64,000 nucleotides of DNA from Candidatus Carthagonibacter metallireducens (GCA_023554445.1 JAMJQQ010000094.1:1937-65936), one strand, 5' to 3'; shown: positions 1 to 9,006, counted from the stretch's first letter. Notes: generated by a model not told the origin, from the letters alone. Program-made: numbers and translations.

Positions 1-753
1 CCGCTCATCTCCAGGCGGCCGTTCAGATCGCCCCACCATTCCGTAACGATGAGCGGGATGATCGGCGGCGGGTCGCAGCCCCGGCCTGGAGAGGCGTCGC
101 TGGCCCACCGGGGCGTACTGTTCCTGGACGAACTGGCCGAGTTTCGTGCAACTGTGCTCGAGTCCCTGCGATCACCGATCGAGAACGGTGTCGTGAACAT
201 CGTCCGCTCGGGCCGCTCGGTGACCTTTCCTGCCCGCTTCCAGTTGATCGCGGCAATGAACCCCTGCCCATGTGGTCTGCACGGATCCGGATCTGAGCGG
301 TGTACCTGCGAACCGTGGATGGTGCGGCGCTATCTGGCCCGGATCAGCGGTCCCCTGATGGACCGTTTCGATCTGCGCGTTTCGCTACCCGCGGTAGATT
401 GGGAGGTATACCGGGATTCTGCGCCTCCGGAGTCCAACACGGCCGCCTGTCTGGCTCGCGTTCGGCGCGCTCGCGACGTGGCGAGCGACAGAGCCCGGAA
501 AGCGTGGCCCCAGGCCGACCCGCCTGTCCGCTGCAACTCCGAACTGTCGCCCGCCCAACTTCGCCGCTGCTGCCGGCTGGACGCGGCAGGCGAATCCGTG
601 CTCGGGCGATCCGTGCGCCGATTCCGTCTGAGCGCCAGGGGGTGCGACCGGGTTCTTTCGGTGGCGCGAACGATCGCCGATCTCGAAGGCTGCGATCTCG
701 TTCGATCCGGGCACGTTGCCGAAGCCCTTCATTTCCGCATGGTCGGACTGTAG
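1..753 (+). CDS. comM: Mg-chelatase-like AAA+ ATPase ComM/YifB family, C-terminal part; 5' end truncated by the window edge
   Basis: Frame 1 is open from base 1 (…ISRRPFRSPHHSVTMSGMIGGG…). Conserved YifB/ComM C-terminal motifs are present (RRPFRxPHH, GVLFLDELAEF, NPCPCG). Stop at 753. Confidence 0.8.
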   Translation, partial: PLISRRPFRSPHHSVTMSGMIGGGSQPRPGEASLAHRGVLFLDELAEFRATVLESLRSPIENGVVNIVRSGRSVTFPARFQLIAAMNPCPCGLHGSGSERCTCEPWMVRRYLARISGPLMDRFDLRVSLPAVDWEVYRDSAPPESNTAACLARVRRARDVASDRARKAWPQADPPVRCNSELSPAQLRRCCRLDAAGESVLGRSVRRFRLSARGCDRVLSVARTIADLEGCDLVRSGHVAEALHFRMVGL

Positions 754-795
754 AGGCACGGAACCACGCTCGTGAACCAGAACGGCCGGCTTCGG

Positions 796-1440
796 TCAGT
801 CCCGGGGCGGGCGCACGCCTGTCGGGGGGCGCTCACACGATCCCGGCTTCGAAACCCGACCCACGGGCGATCGGCCGCGACCGAGTGCGAGGAAGTTGGC
901 GAGCAGCGCATGTCCGGCTTCGGTGAGGCAGGCCTCGGGATGGAACTGCACTCCCCAGGCAGGGCGTGTCCGATGGCGAATGGCCATGATCGTGCCGTCT
1001 TCGGTCCAGGCCAGCGTCTCCAGGCCATCAGTCAGCGAGTCCGGGTCGACCACCAGGGCATGATAGCGGGTAACCTGCAGGGGATCGGGAAGACCCGTGA
1101 ACAGGTCCTCACCTTCATGCCGGGCAGCGCTGACCTTCCCGTGCACAGGCTGGCCTCTGACCACGCGAGATCCGAACGCTTCGGCCAGGCACTGATGACC
1201 GAGACACACACCCAGCACCGGAACACGTGACGAGGCGCTTCGAGCGAGCTCGACGCAGATTCCGGCTTCGGCCGGGGTGCAGGGGCCGGGCGAGAGGATG
1301 AGGTGCGAAGGACTCATCTGAAGCACCTCGTCCACAGTGGCCGCATCGTTTCGAATGACGAGGGTGGACTCGCCCAGCTCCTCCAGATACCGAGCGAGGT
1401 TGAAGACGAACGAATCGTAGTTGTCGATGAGTACGATCAC
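796..1440 (-). CDS. pabA: Glutamine amidotransferase component II of aminodeoxychorismate/anthranilate synthase (class I GATase)
   Basis: MIVLIDNYDSFV…GVCLGHQ…VQFHPE: class-I GATase catalytic Cys/His/Glu signature. Abuts the component I gene with a 2-nt gap. pabA versus trpG cannot be separated by sequence alone. Confidence 0.8.
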   Translation of the reverse strand: MIVLIDNYDSFVFNLARYLEELGESTLVIRNDAATVDEVLQMSPSHLILSPGPCTPAEAGICVELARSASSRVPVLGVCLGHQCLAEAFGSRVVRGQPVHGKVSAARHEGEDLFTGLPDPLQVTRYHALVVDPDSLTDGLETLAWTEDGTIMAIRHRTRPAWGVQFHPEACLTEAGHALLANFLALGRGRSPVGRVSKPGSCERPPTGVRPPRD

Positions 1441-1442
1441 GA

Positions 1443-2909
1443 TCAGATCTCGAACGACAGGGCTCCGGCCAGCGCCCTCGCCTTGTCCAGGGTCTCGCGG
1501 TACTCGCTCTCCGGATCGGAGTCGGCGACCACCGCTCCCCCGGCATGGAAGAAGGCCTCTCCGTCGGTGAGCACGATCGTCCGGATCGCGACGCTCAAGT
1601 CCATCTGCCCATCTGCGCCTATCCAGCCGATGGATCCATAGCAGGGACCACGGGCCACCGGCTCGAGCTCGGTGATCACCTCCATTGCCCGGATCTTGGG
1701 CGCTCCGGTCACGGAACCGCAGGGAAAGAGCGCGCGAAGCAGATCGACCGGCCCGGTTCCGGGCATCACTTCGCCTCTGATGATCGAGACGAGATGATGG
1801 ACGGTCGTGAAAGACTCCAGTCTGAACAGCTCGGCTGCGCGAACCGTGCCCGGACGTGCAATACGAGACAGGTCGTTCCGCATCAGGTCTGCGATCATCA
1901 GATTCTCGGAGCGGTCCTTGTCGCTGGCCATCAACTCTTCGGCCAGTCGCCGGTCCAGCTTTCGGGTCGCTCCCCGGGGACGTGTCCCTTTGATGGGCCG
2001 GGCCTCCAGCTCACCCCCCGCCGTGAGCCGGATGAAGCGCTCGGGCGAAGCGCTGGCGATCGTGCACGAGGAGCCGGCAAACCAGGCTCCGAAGGGGGCG
2101 GGCGCCCTCCTGCGCAGCTCACAGTACAGGTCTGCAGAATCCGATGGTCCCGGTGCCCGGAATCGCTGAGCGAGATTGACCTGGAATATGTCTCCGGCGC
2201 GGATCTTCTCGATCGAATCTCGAACGGCGGCTTCGTAATCCCGGCGCGTGAAGCTCGATTGCAGGCCTGCTCCATCCCGATGCCTCTCCGGGGACCGGAA
2301 GTCGGATGAGAGGTAACCGCTCCTGTTTCGGGCGAGTCTGCCGCCGCGCGGATTACCCGGCGCCGGGCCACCCCTGATCCAGGCGACGACCTGTTCCGCC
2401 CGCTCTTCGGCACGCTTCCTCGCAGTACGTCCCGAGAGCGGCAGCCCGGTCGACAGCACGGAGCATTCGCCCGTCCGGTGATTCCAGCCCACCACCCAGT
2501 CATAGAATGCGAGTTCCAGGTCCGGGAGGTCGAGGTCCCGTAGCCTCGGCTCCGGAAGACGTTCCACCTCCAGGCCGAGCTCGTAGGCGAGGAATCCGCC
2601 AGCGCCGCCACGGAACGGAAACGCACGAGCTTCATCATCGATCTCGAGGTCCGCGGCCAGCTCGCTCAACAGCTCCGCCAGCAGTGCCAGCCCCCCGCAG
2701 GACGTGCGAGTAGATCCGTCCGCACCTGTCCAGGTCGCTCGCCCCCTCGTCGCCTTCAGAACGCCGAAAGGATCGGCCGCAAGGAAGGACCAGTCACCGG
2801 TTCCAGGCCGTGGGTCGGCGCTGTCGAGCCACAGGACCCAGGGCCGGGACGCGAGGCGTCGGAACAGAGTCTCTGGCTCGGGCGAATCGACAATCGGACG
2901 AATGATCAA
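1443..2909 (-). CDS. pabB: Aminodeoxychorismate (or anthranilate) synthase component I, chorismate-binding enzyme
   Basis: The C-terminal half carries chorismate-utilising-enzyme motifs (…CYGSIGWIGADGQMDLSVAIRTIV…HAGGAVVADSDPESEYRETLDKA). The 635-aa ORF in the track runs on through the upstream PTPS gene in another frame. The likely real start is the TTG at 2909 (…LIIRPIVDSPEPETLF…); the start is approximate. Confidence 0.75.
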   Translation of the reverse strand: MIIRPIVDSPEPETLFRRLASRPWVLWLDSADPRPGTGDWSFLAADPFGVLKATRGRATWTGADGSTRTSCGGLALLAELLSELAADLEIDDEARAFPFRGGAGGFLAYELGLEVERLPEPRLRDLDLPDLELAFYDWVVGWNHRTGECSVLSTGLPLSGRTARKRAEERAEQVVAWIRGGPAPGNPRGGRLARNRSGYLSSDFRSPERHRDGAGLQSSFTRRDYEAAVRDSIEKIRAGDIFQVNLAQRFRAPGPSDSADLYCELRRRAPAPFGAWFAGSSCTIASASPERFIRLTAGGELEARPIKGTRPRGATRKLDRRLAEELMASDKDRSENLMIADLMRNDLSRIARPGTVRAAELFRLESFTTVHHLVSIIRGEVMPGTGPVDLLRALFPCGSVTGAPKIRAMEVITELEPVARGPCYGSIGWIGADGQMDLSVAIRTIVLTDGEAFFHAGGAVVADSDPESEYRETLDKARALAGALSFEI

Positions 2910-2952
2910 GGAAGGATCGTTCCGTGCGGAACTCGCCGGTGCTCGCCGCGAG

Positions 2953-3444
2953 TCAGAATTCGAGTCGTCGCCGGCAGAAGGCCGATTGTCCGAAGGACTC
3001 TTCGACTTCGACCTCGATCTCGTGCAGGCCGGTGGCGCCCCGGTCGGACAGGCGTCCTGCGAGTCGGTCCAGGATCCACGAGGCGAGCATCTCCGCGGTC
3101 GTGTTCGGGATCGGAAGAATGACCACGTCCTGTTCCGGGAAAAGGTATCTTCGCTCTCCGTGCCGGACGTCCACCTCTCCGTCCGCGGTTCTGATCTCGA
3201 GGAGGGGGTTCCCTGTCGGCAGGAGCATCCGATGATCCAGAGGGCCGATGATGGTCTCCATCTCGCGCTTGAGCAGAACGAAGTCGAACACCAGGGCGTT
3301 TTCGTCCGTCTCGCCGGCCAGGCTGACACCGGCCCGGTAATTGTGCCCATGCAGAGTCTCGCACATTCCGCCGCCGTACGTGATGAAGTGTCCGGAAGCG
3401 AAGACCAGGTGTTCCTTGCTGACCGTTATGCGGTAATCGTTCAT
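2953..3444 (-). CDS. 6-pyruvoyl-tetrahydropterin synthase family protein (QueD-like / possible PTPS-III)
   Basis: 163-aa protein with a GMCETLHGHNY zinc-binding Cys-x3-HGH motif and the PTPS fold signature. First gene of the minus-strand operon with the two chorismate-enzyme genes. Confidence 0.8.
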   Translation of the reverse strand: MNDYRITVSKEHLVFASGHFITYGGGMCETLHGHNYRAGVSLAGETDENALVFDFVLLKREMETIIGPLDHRMLLPTGNPLLEIRTADGEVDVRHGERRYLFPEQDVVILPIPNTTAEMLASWILDRLAGRLSDRGATGLHEIEVEVEESFGQSAFCRRRLEF

Positions 3445-3657
3445 CTCTCGTCGCCAGTTCGGGTCGGTGTGCCGGCCGTTGCTCCGCCCGGCGAGACATG
3501 CTCCTCGGCTCTTTCTCGAATCAGGCTCCTATCGTACGTGGCGGGGTAACGAGTGAAAAGGTGGCTCCACTTGCCTGCGGCAATGACGCCGGGCAAGCTT
3601 CCCGGCGGCAGGGCAGTGGCCCCTCGGTTCGATCCGGGGCCGAAAGGTGGTGCAGGA

Positions 3658-4221
3658 ATGCGGTTGTTCATCGCGGTGAATTTCCCGGCGGTCGTTCGAC
3701 GATCGATCGCGGGTATCGGGTCGGAGTTGGAAGACGCGGGAATACCGGCGAGATGGGTGCGGCCCGCCGACATACACCTGACCCTGAAATTCCTCGGCGA
3801 ACTGGACAGGGACCGACTCGCCGATGTGAAGGCTGCGGTCGGCGAGGTCGCTTCCCGGACGGGCTCGATGATTCTGCATCTCGGGGGGGTAGGTGCGTTT
3901 CCATCGCCGCGTCGCCCCAGCGTGATCTGGGTAGGGGTCGACTCCGGTCCCCGGCTCAGGCTGCTGCACGATGCCCTCGATCGACGAATGACGGAATTCG
4001 GGGTCGCGAGAGAGGATCGACCGTTTCGGCCTCACGTTACCCTGGGACGGGTCAACCGACGTGCAGAGCCGGGAGATCTGCGCGAGTTCGAGCGCCACGC
4101 CGGACGGCTGGCCTATCGCGCCGATGTCGAGGTCGATTCGATCGACCTCATGGAGAGCCGACTTCGTCCGGAGGGGGCGGAGTACCGGAGAGTGAAGTCG
4201 GAGGTCCTGGCGGGAGTATGA
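3658..4221 (+). CDS. thpR: RNA 2',3'-cyclic phosphodiesterase (2H phosphoesterase, ThpR/LigT family)
   Basis: Two H-x-T-x motifs (HLTLKF, HVTLGR). ATG at 3658 is preceded by aaaggtgg. The longer track ORF starts at 3553 but its N-terminal region does not look like protein. Confidence 0.8.
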   Translation: MRLFIAVNFPAVVRRSIAGIGSELEDAGIPARWVRPADIHLTLKFLGELDRDRLADVKAAVGEVASRTGSMILHLGGVGAFPSPRRPSVIWVGVDSGPRLRLLHDALDRRMTEFGVAREDRPFRPHVTLGRVNRRAEPGDLREFERHAGRLAYRADVEVDSIDLMESRLRPEGAEYRRVKSEVLAGV

Positions 4222-4311
4222 ACCCTCCGCGTGGCCAGGTACGCGGGAAAGAACGAGAGGTAACGGCCGCGTGAGACGGTCGGGCAAGCGGACACAACGG
4301 AGCGACCTGAC

Positions 4312-4950
4312 TTGATCAAGAACGCACTGGCACGAATCGGGTGCCTGACCGTGATCGCTGTCACCGCACTCGGTGCGTGGCACTACCGCGGGGCGATTTC
4401 GTCCGCCCTGGGTCGGGTGGAAATCGGCGTGTCGATCTCCGAGCCGAGCGAGGGACTGGCCCGCCAGGCCGAAGAGAAGCTGATGTCCCTCTCGTCATCG
4501 GAGCCCGGCCTCGTATCACTCAGTGAGGCGGAGTTGCAGAGTCTGCTCACCTACCGTGTTGCTCCGCACCTTCCCGACGGCGTCGAACTTCCGCTCGTCG
4601 AGCTCCGGGATACGGTGCTGGTCATTTCGGCACTCGTCCGACCGGATCGGCTCGATGCCTACGCACCCCCGGAGCTTCTGCAGCAGTTCCTCGCCGACTC
4701 GGCCCGGGTGGCAGCTACTGTAATTCCCGGACTCCGACGCCCGGGGACCGGTCAGGTGACCGTGAACTCGCTGCAGGCCGGCACGCTCGTGGTGCCGCCC
4801 ATGATGGTCCCGTTCGTTCTGCAGGGAATCTCGATTCCCGGGGTCGATGCGAGCGGTTCGGACTTACTGGTGTCGTTGCCGGCCCGCGTGTCGGCGGTCG
4901 ATGTCGAGGGCGGGGCAGTGACGATCCGACTGGAAGGTGCCGGCGGCTGA
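4312..4950 (+). CDS. Hypothetical protein with an N-terminal membrane anchor
   Basis: TTG start at 4312. Hydrophobic N-terminus (IGCLTVIAVTALGAW), then a soluble domain. I recognise no motif. Confidence 0.45.
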   Translation: MIKNALARIGCLTVIAVTALGAWHYRGAISSALGRVEIGVSISEPSEGLARQAEEKLMSLSSSEPGLVSLSEAELQSLLTYRVAPHLPDGVELPLVELRDTVLVISALVRPDRLDAYAPPELLQQFLADSARVAATVIPGLRRPGTGQVTVNSLQAGTLVVPPMMVPFVLQGISIPGVDASGSDLLVSLPARVSAVDVEGGAVTIRLEGAGG

Positions 4951-5099
4951 GCCCGGGCCGGGATTCGATAACCATCGGAATCGTCCAGGGCCGGAACGCG
5001 ATCAGGCCACGTGGTGTTGAATCAGAGTTGAGTGCTCGCTGAGAGTTTCGAGGCCCGCCATTTACGCCGGGCCGCACCGGCGGTCAGGAAACGAGAAGG

Positions 5100-5858
5100 A
5101 TGGACATGGCATCGAAGGACGAACAGAAGAAGGGCAGGCAGGCGGACGAGCAGGGCTCGTTCGGCCGTTGGGCATGGGAGTGGACCAAATCGATCGCCGT
5201 CGCGTTCGTGCTCTTTCTCGTGGTACGGACTTTCGTGGTCGAGGCGTTTCAGATTCCCACGGGTTCCATGGAGAACACGCTGCTCGTCGGGGACTTCCTT
5301 CTCGTCAACAAGATGGTCTATGGAGCTGAGATTCCGGGCACGAACGTCCGGCTCCCGGCCTTCGATCCCCCAGAGCGGGGCGACATCGTCGTGTTCGAGC
5401 CCCCGCCGAGAGCCCGGCAGGCCGAGAACACGAACTACGTGAAGCGTATCGTAGGACTGCCCGGCGACACCCTGCAGATGGTGGACGGAGCCCTGTATCG
5501 GAACGGTGCACCGGTGCCGGAGCCGTACGCGGTCCACAAGCGGCCCTTCGAGGACCCGCGCAGCCCGCAATTCGACTGGCAGCGTTCCCACTTGAAGGCG
5601 AGCAGCGAGCGCCGCAGCCAGGAGTACCGGCCCACGCGTGACAACTGGGGTCCGATCGTCGTCTCACCGGACAGTTTCTTCGTTATGGGCGACAACCGCG
5701 ACAACTCGGAAGACTCGCGGTACTGGGGCTTCGTGCCATCGGACGCGGTCAAGGGCCGTCCTCTGATCATCTACTACTCCTACGACCGGAATCGAATGGT
5801 GCCGTTTCCGTGGATCACCGAGATTCGCTGGGATCGGCTGCTGAGCGCGATTCGTTGA
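5100..5858 (+). CDS. lepB: Signal peptidase I
   Basis: Catalytic Ser box (GSMENTLLVGD), Lys box (YVKRIVGLPGD) and GDNRDNSEDSRYWG signature. One N-terminal transmembrane segment. Confidence 0.85.
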   Translation: MDMASKDEQKKGRQADEQGSFGRWAWEWTKSIAVAFVLFLVVRTFVVEAFQIPTGSMENTLLVGDFLLVNKMVYGAEIPGTNVRLPAFDPPERGDIVVFEPPPRARQAENTNYVKRIVGLPGDTLQMVDGALYRNGAPVPEPYAVHKRPFEDPRSPQFDWQRSHLKASSERRSQEYRPTRDNWGPIVVSPDSFFVMGDNRDNSEDSRYWGFVPSDAVKGRPLIIYYSYDRNRMVPFPWITEIRWDRLLSAIR

Positions 5859-5962
5859 ACTGATCGCAGATTGCCCGTAGCGGCCGGCGCGACGATGCAT
5901 GGATCAGTGCCTGAATAGAGATACGCACAGCCGTCCCCACCGGAGATCCGGAGGAGCATGGA

Positions 5963-6805
5963 ATGGCCCGGAAACCCGATTCCGAGTCGGAGGCCCTGTC
6001 CCTCTACCTGCAGGAGATAAGGGAGCACCCGATCCTCGACCGGGAGCAGGAGGTAGCGCTCGCTCAGCGCATTCGGTCCGGTGACGATCGGGCGCTGAAT
6101 GAACTGGTTGCGGCCAACCTGAGGTTCGTCGTCAGTGTCGCCAGGCGGTATGCGGGGCATGGCGTTCCGCTGGCGGATCTCGTGACAGAAGGAAATGTCG
6201 GACTCCTGCGCGCCGCGAGCAGGTTCGACGAGACGAAAGGGGTCCGCTTCATTTCTTATGCCGTCTGGTGGGTGCGCCAGTCGATTCTCCAGGCGCTCAC
6301 AGATGGAACCAGGATCGTCAGGATCCCCGCAGGCCAGCTGGAGGCCTCGAACAGGGTCGTACGTGGTGTCCGACGCCTCGAGCAGGAGCTGGGGCGCGAG
6401 CCGACGATCGACGAGGTAGCGCTCGAGCTGGAGCTCACGCCCGGAGAAGTGACGGATGCACTCGGGCTTCGCTCGGGCTGGGTGTCGCTGGACGCGCCCC
6501 TTCCCGACGACAGTGACTCATCGATGCTCGATCTGCTGCCGGATCTGGAGATCGAGGACGCTGATGACGCCGCGGCCCATGCGGCACTCAGGGACGTAGT
6601 CGAGGAAGGGCTGACGAGACTCCCGGAGCGTGAAGCCGAGGTTCTGCGCCTGTACTTCGGCCTCGCAGGTGAGCCGGCCCGGTCGCTCCAGGAAATCGCC
6701 ACGGCCCTGCGCCTGACCCGCGAGCGAGTTCGGATGATCAAGGATCGAGCACTGGTCAGACTGCGGGTCGGGGAAACGGGCCGGGTCCTCCGCGGCTTCC
6801 GTTGA
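5963..6805 (+). CDS. RNA polymerase sigma factor, sigma-70 family, compact with regions 2-4 only
   Basis: Region 2 motifs (NLRFVVSVARRY, GNVGLLRAASRFD, FISYAVWWVRQSI) and a region 4 helix-turn-helix (LQEIATALRLTRERVRMIKDRAL). RBS ggaggag sits 6 nt before the ATG. 280 aa, consistent with an alternative (group 3/4-like) sigma factor. Confidence 0.85.
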   Translation: MARKPDSESEALSLYLQEIREHPILDREQEVALAQRIRSGDDRALNELVAANLRFVVSVARRYAGHGVPLADLVTEGNVGLLRAASRFDETKGVRFISYAVWWVRQSILQALTDGTRIVRIPAGQLEASNRVVRGVRRLEQELGREPTIDEVALELELTPGEVTDALGLRSGWVSLDAPLPDDSDSSMLDLLPDLEIEDADDAAAHAALRDVVEEGLTRLPEREAEVLRLYFGLAGEPARSLQEIATALRLTRERVRMIKDRALVRLRVGETGRVLRGFR

Positions 6806-6881
6806 AGGCAGGGCCGATCACGCTCGAGCCGGTGCACCGGTCGCGCCCCCCTCCGACCCGAAAAACCGGTCAACACGCGGG

Positions 6882-6910
6882 TTGACACCCCCGTATCCCT
6901 GCGGTAAGTT
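6882..6910 (+). promoter_or_regulatory. Sigma-70-like promoter candidate upstream of rplM-rpsI
   Basis: TTGACA at 6882-6887, a 17-nt spacer, then TAAGTT at 6905-6910. Confidence 0.35.
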
Positions 6911-6934
6911 TCGCGGCTGCTGGTGGATTGTCAT

Positions 6935-6970
6935 GGCCGCCCTCGCGACAGACGGGGCGGCCCGCTTTTT
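6935..6970 (+). terminator. GC-rich hairpin plus T-run in the rplM 5' leader; intrinsic terminator or attenuator
   Basis: ggccgccc-tcgcgacagac-gggcggcc followed by cgcttttt. Sits between the promoter candidate and the rplM start at 7025, 130 nt downstream of the sigma-factor stop. Confidence 0.4.
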
Positions 6971-7024
6971 CTCCCCACGACGCCAGAAGAGATTCGGGGC
7001 GCGTGTGAATCGGACGGCGCGGCG

Positions 7025-7453
7025 ATGAAGACGTATTCAGTGAAGGCGGGCGAGATCCAGAGGGAGTGGTTCGTGGTGGACGCGCGCGACCAGGTACTCG
7101 GTCGGCTCGCGACTCGCGTTGCCAGCGTTCTGAAGGGCAAGCACAAGCCCACGTACAGCACTCACCTCGATGTCGGCGATTTCGTCATCGTGGTGAACGC
7201 GAAGGATGTGCGACTGACCGGTCGCAAGGCCGATCAGAAGGAGTATTTCCGCCACAGCGGATTCATGGGCGGAGAGCGAATGATTCCGTTCCGGCGTATG
7301 ATCGACCGCCACCCCGAGCGCGTAATCGAGCTCGCAGTGAAGGGCATGCTCCCGAAGAACACGCTCGGTCGAAAGATGGCGAGTAAGCTGAAGGTCTATC
7401 CGGGTCCCGAGCATCCGCACGCGGCACAGATGCCGCGGGATCTCGAGATCTGA
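7025..7453 (+). CDS. rplM: 50S ribosomal protein L13
   Basis: [20 protein letters not shown]…GRLA…: canonical L13 N-terminus. The track ORF starts at an upstream GTG (6923); the ATG at 7025 matches the family length. Confidence 0.9.
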   Translation: MKTYSVKAGEIQREWFVVDARDQVLGRLATRVASVLKGKHKPTYSTHLDVGDFVIVVNAKDVRLTGRKADQKEYFRHSGFMGGERMIPFRRMIDRHPERVIELAVKGMLPKNTLGRKMASKLKVYPGPEHPHAAQMPRDLEI

Positions 7454-7470
7454 GGAGTAACGGAGGAAGC

Positions 7471-7866
7471 TTGGCGGATCAGACGATGTACCAGGCGGTG
7501 GGCCGACGGAAGGCTGCCGTTGCCCGGGTTTGGCTTCGCCCCGGTCAGGGTGGGTGGACGATCAACGGACGAAGCCTGGAAGAGTACTTCCCGCTCCTCC
7601 GGCATCGCGACGCGGCCGAGAAGCCTCTCGCGGTCATGGAGTCGGTCGGAAGCTACGGCGTGCACGTTCGCGTTCGCGGTGGCGGTCCTACGGGGCAGGC
7701 CGAGGCGATCCAGCTGGCGATTGCGCGTGCGATCGTAAGCGCCGACGAGGAGGCTCGATCGACGCTGCGGGCACACGACCTGCTCACCCGGGACCCGCGC
7801 GTCGTCGAGCGCAAGAAGCCCGGACGTCCAAAGGCGCGCAAGCGCTTCCAGTTCTCCAAGCGTTGA
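7471..7866 (+). CDS. rpsI: 30S ribosomal protein S9
   Basis: …YQAVGRRKAAVARVWL… and the C-terminal KKPGRPKARKRFQFSKR tail. TTG start at 7471 gives a canonical-length N-terminus; the alternative ATG is at 7486. ggagg lies upstream. Confidence 0.9.
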   Translation: MADQTMYQAVGRRKAAVARVWLRPGQGGWTINGRSLEEYFPLLRHRDAAEKPLAVMESVGSYGVHVRVRGGGPTGQAEAIQLAIARAIVSADEEARSTLRAHDLLTRDPRVVERKKPGRPKARKRFQFSKR

Positions 7867-8966
7867 TGCCGATGCAGACCGAAACCGAGCAGGGAACGCG
7901 TAGCGCCATGACTGAAGTCGGGTTGAAGGACCTCCTGCAGGCTGGCGTCCACTTCGGGCACCAGACGCACCGTTGGAACCCGAAGATGCGGAAGTACATC
8001 TTCGCGGAGCGAGGCGGGATCTACCTGATCGATCTTCAGAAGACGCTCAGGGAGCTCAACAAGGCCCGCGACCTCGTTCATGAGACGGTCCGGAACGGGC
8101 AGAACGTTCTGTTCGTCTGCACCAAGCCGCAGCTGGCTCCGATCGTTCGCGCTGAGGCTGAGAAAGCCGGTGCGTTCTACGTGACGGAGCGTTGGCTCGG
8201 CGGAATGCTCACGAACTTTCAGACCATCAAGAAGAACATCCGGCGGCTTAAGGAGCTCGAGCGCGGTGCCGAGGACGGATCGTTCGAGTTCTACACGAAG
8301 AAGGAACAGCTGCTCCTGGAGCGGGAGCGTGAGAAACTCGATCGATACCTGTCGGGGATCAAGGACATGACCCGACTGCCGGGTCTCGTGTTCGTGGTGG
8401 ATGCCAAGAAGGAAGAGATCGCGGTTCGAGAGGCGAACCGACTGGGAATTCCGGTCGTCGCGATCGCCGATACGAATGCCGATCCGGACCAGCTCACGAT
8501 CGCGATCGCGGGCAACGACGACGCGATCCGTTCTGTCTCTCTGATATCAGGTGTTCTGGGAAGCGAGATCGAATCGGCCCGCAGAGAGTCGCCGAAGGGC
8601 GCCGCCGGCAAGGACGAGGCGGAAGTTTTCACCTACTCTACCGAGACGGGAGAGGCGGAAGCGGACTCAACGGTTCGGAAGAAGAAGCGTCCGAAGCGAC
8701 GCCCGAAGCCCGAGCTGATCAAGCGGCGTCTGCATCCGACGGATCCCGAGCCGGGTGCCGCGGCGGGTGCGGCCGAGTCGGCTGCAACGGCCGCCGAAGC
8801 AGAGCCGGCAGGGTCGAAGGCCGACGATGCGGTTGAACCCGCCGACTCGAAGCCGGTAGAGAAGCCGGTTGCCAAGGCGGATGAAGCGCCGGCTGAGGAG
8901 GCGGACCCCGGAGACGCGGAAAGCGCCGAGCCGGAAGAGGCGCGGGAGGACGGCGGCTCTCCCTGA
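7866..8966 (+). CDS. rpsB: 30S ribosomal protein S2 with a long acidic Ala/Pro/Glu-rich C-terminal extension
   Basis: LLQAGVHFGHQTHRWNPKMRKYIFAERGGIYLIDLQKT… core. Possible starts at 7866, 7872 or 7908 (ATG overlaps the S9 stop). About 130 residues of low-complexity tail follow the conserved core. Confidence 0.85.
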   Translation: MPMQTETEQGTRSAMTEVGLKDLLQAGVHFGHQTHRWNPKMRKYIFAERGGIYLIDLQKTLRELNKARDLVHETVRNGQNVLFVCTKPQLAPIVRAEAEKAGAFYVTERWLGGMLTNFQTIKKNIRRLKELERGAEDGSFEFYTKKEQLLLEREREKLDRYLSGIKDMTRLPGLVFVVDAKKEEIAVREANRLGIPVVAIADTNADPDQLTIAIAGNDDAIRSVSLISGVLGSEIESARRESPKGAAGKDEAEVFTYSTETGEAEADSTVRKKKRPKRRPKPELIKRRLHPTDPEPGAAAGAAESAATAAEAEPAGSKADDAVEPADSKPVEKPVAKADEAPAEEADPGDAESAEPEEAREDGGSP

Positions 8967-8977
8967 GCGAGAGACGA

Positions 8978-9006
8978 GGGGGCCACCGACGTGGCCCCCT
9001 TTTTTT
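8978..9006 (+). terminator. Rho-independent terminator after rpsB
   Basis: gggggccac-cgac-gtggccccc followed by ttttttt. Confidence 0.6.

Noticed and set aside
1545-2309. Plus-strand ORFs (254 aa, 120 aa) inside the pabB locus.
   Set aside because: Antisense to the chorismate-binding enzyme gene. No motifs and no RBS.
3441-3657. Divergent intergenic region between the PTPS gene and thpR (~210 nt). I looked for paired promoters or a riboswitch.
   Set aside because: I could not pick out a convincing -35/-10 pair or a conserved structured element by eye. Left unannotated.
5022-5591. 189-aa minus-strand ORF across the lepB region.
   Set aside because: Antisense to the signal peptidase I gene, whose Ser/Lys catalytic boxes are intact on the plus strand.
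7530-7866. The 478-aa track ORF starts at 7530, which would make a fused protein overlapping rpsI.
   Set aside because: The upstream 112 codons are in a different frame from S9 and carry no S2 similarity. S2 homology begins at MTEVGLKDLL, so the true start is 7866-7908.
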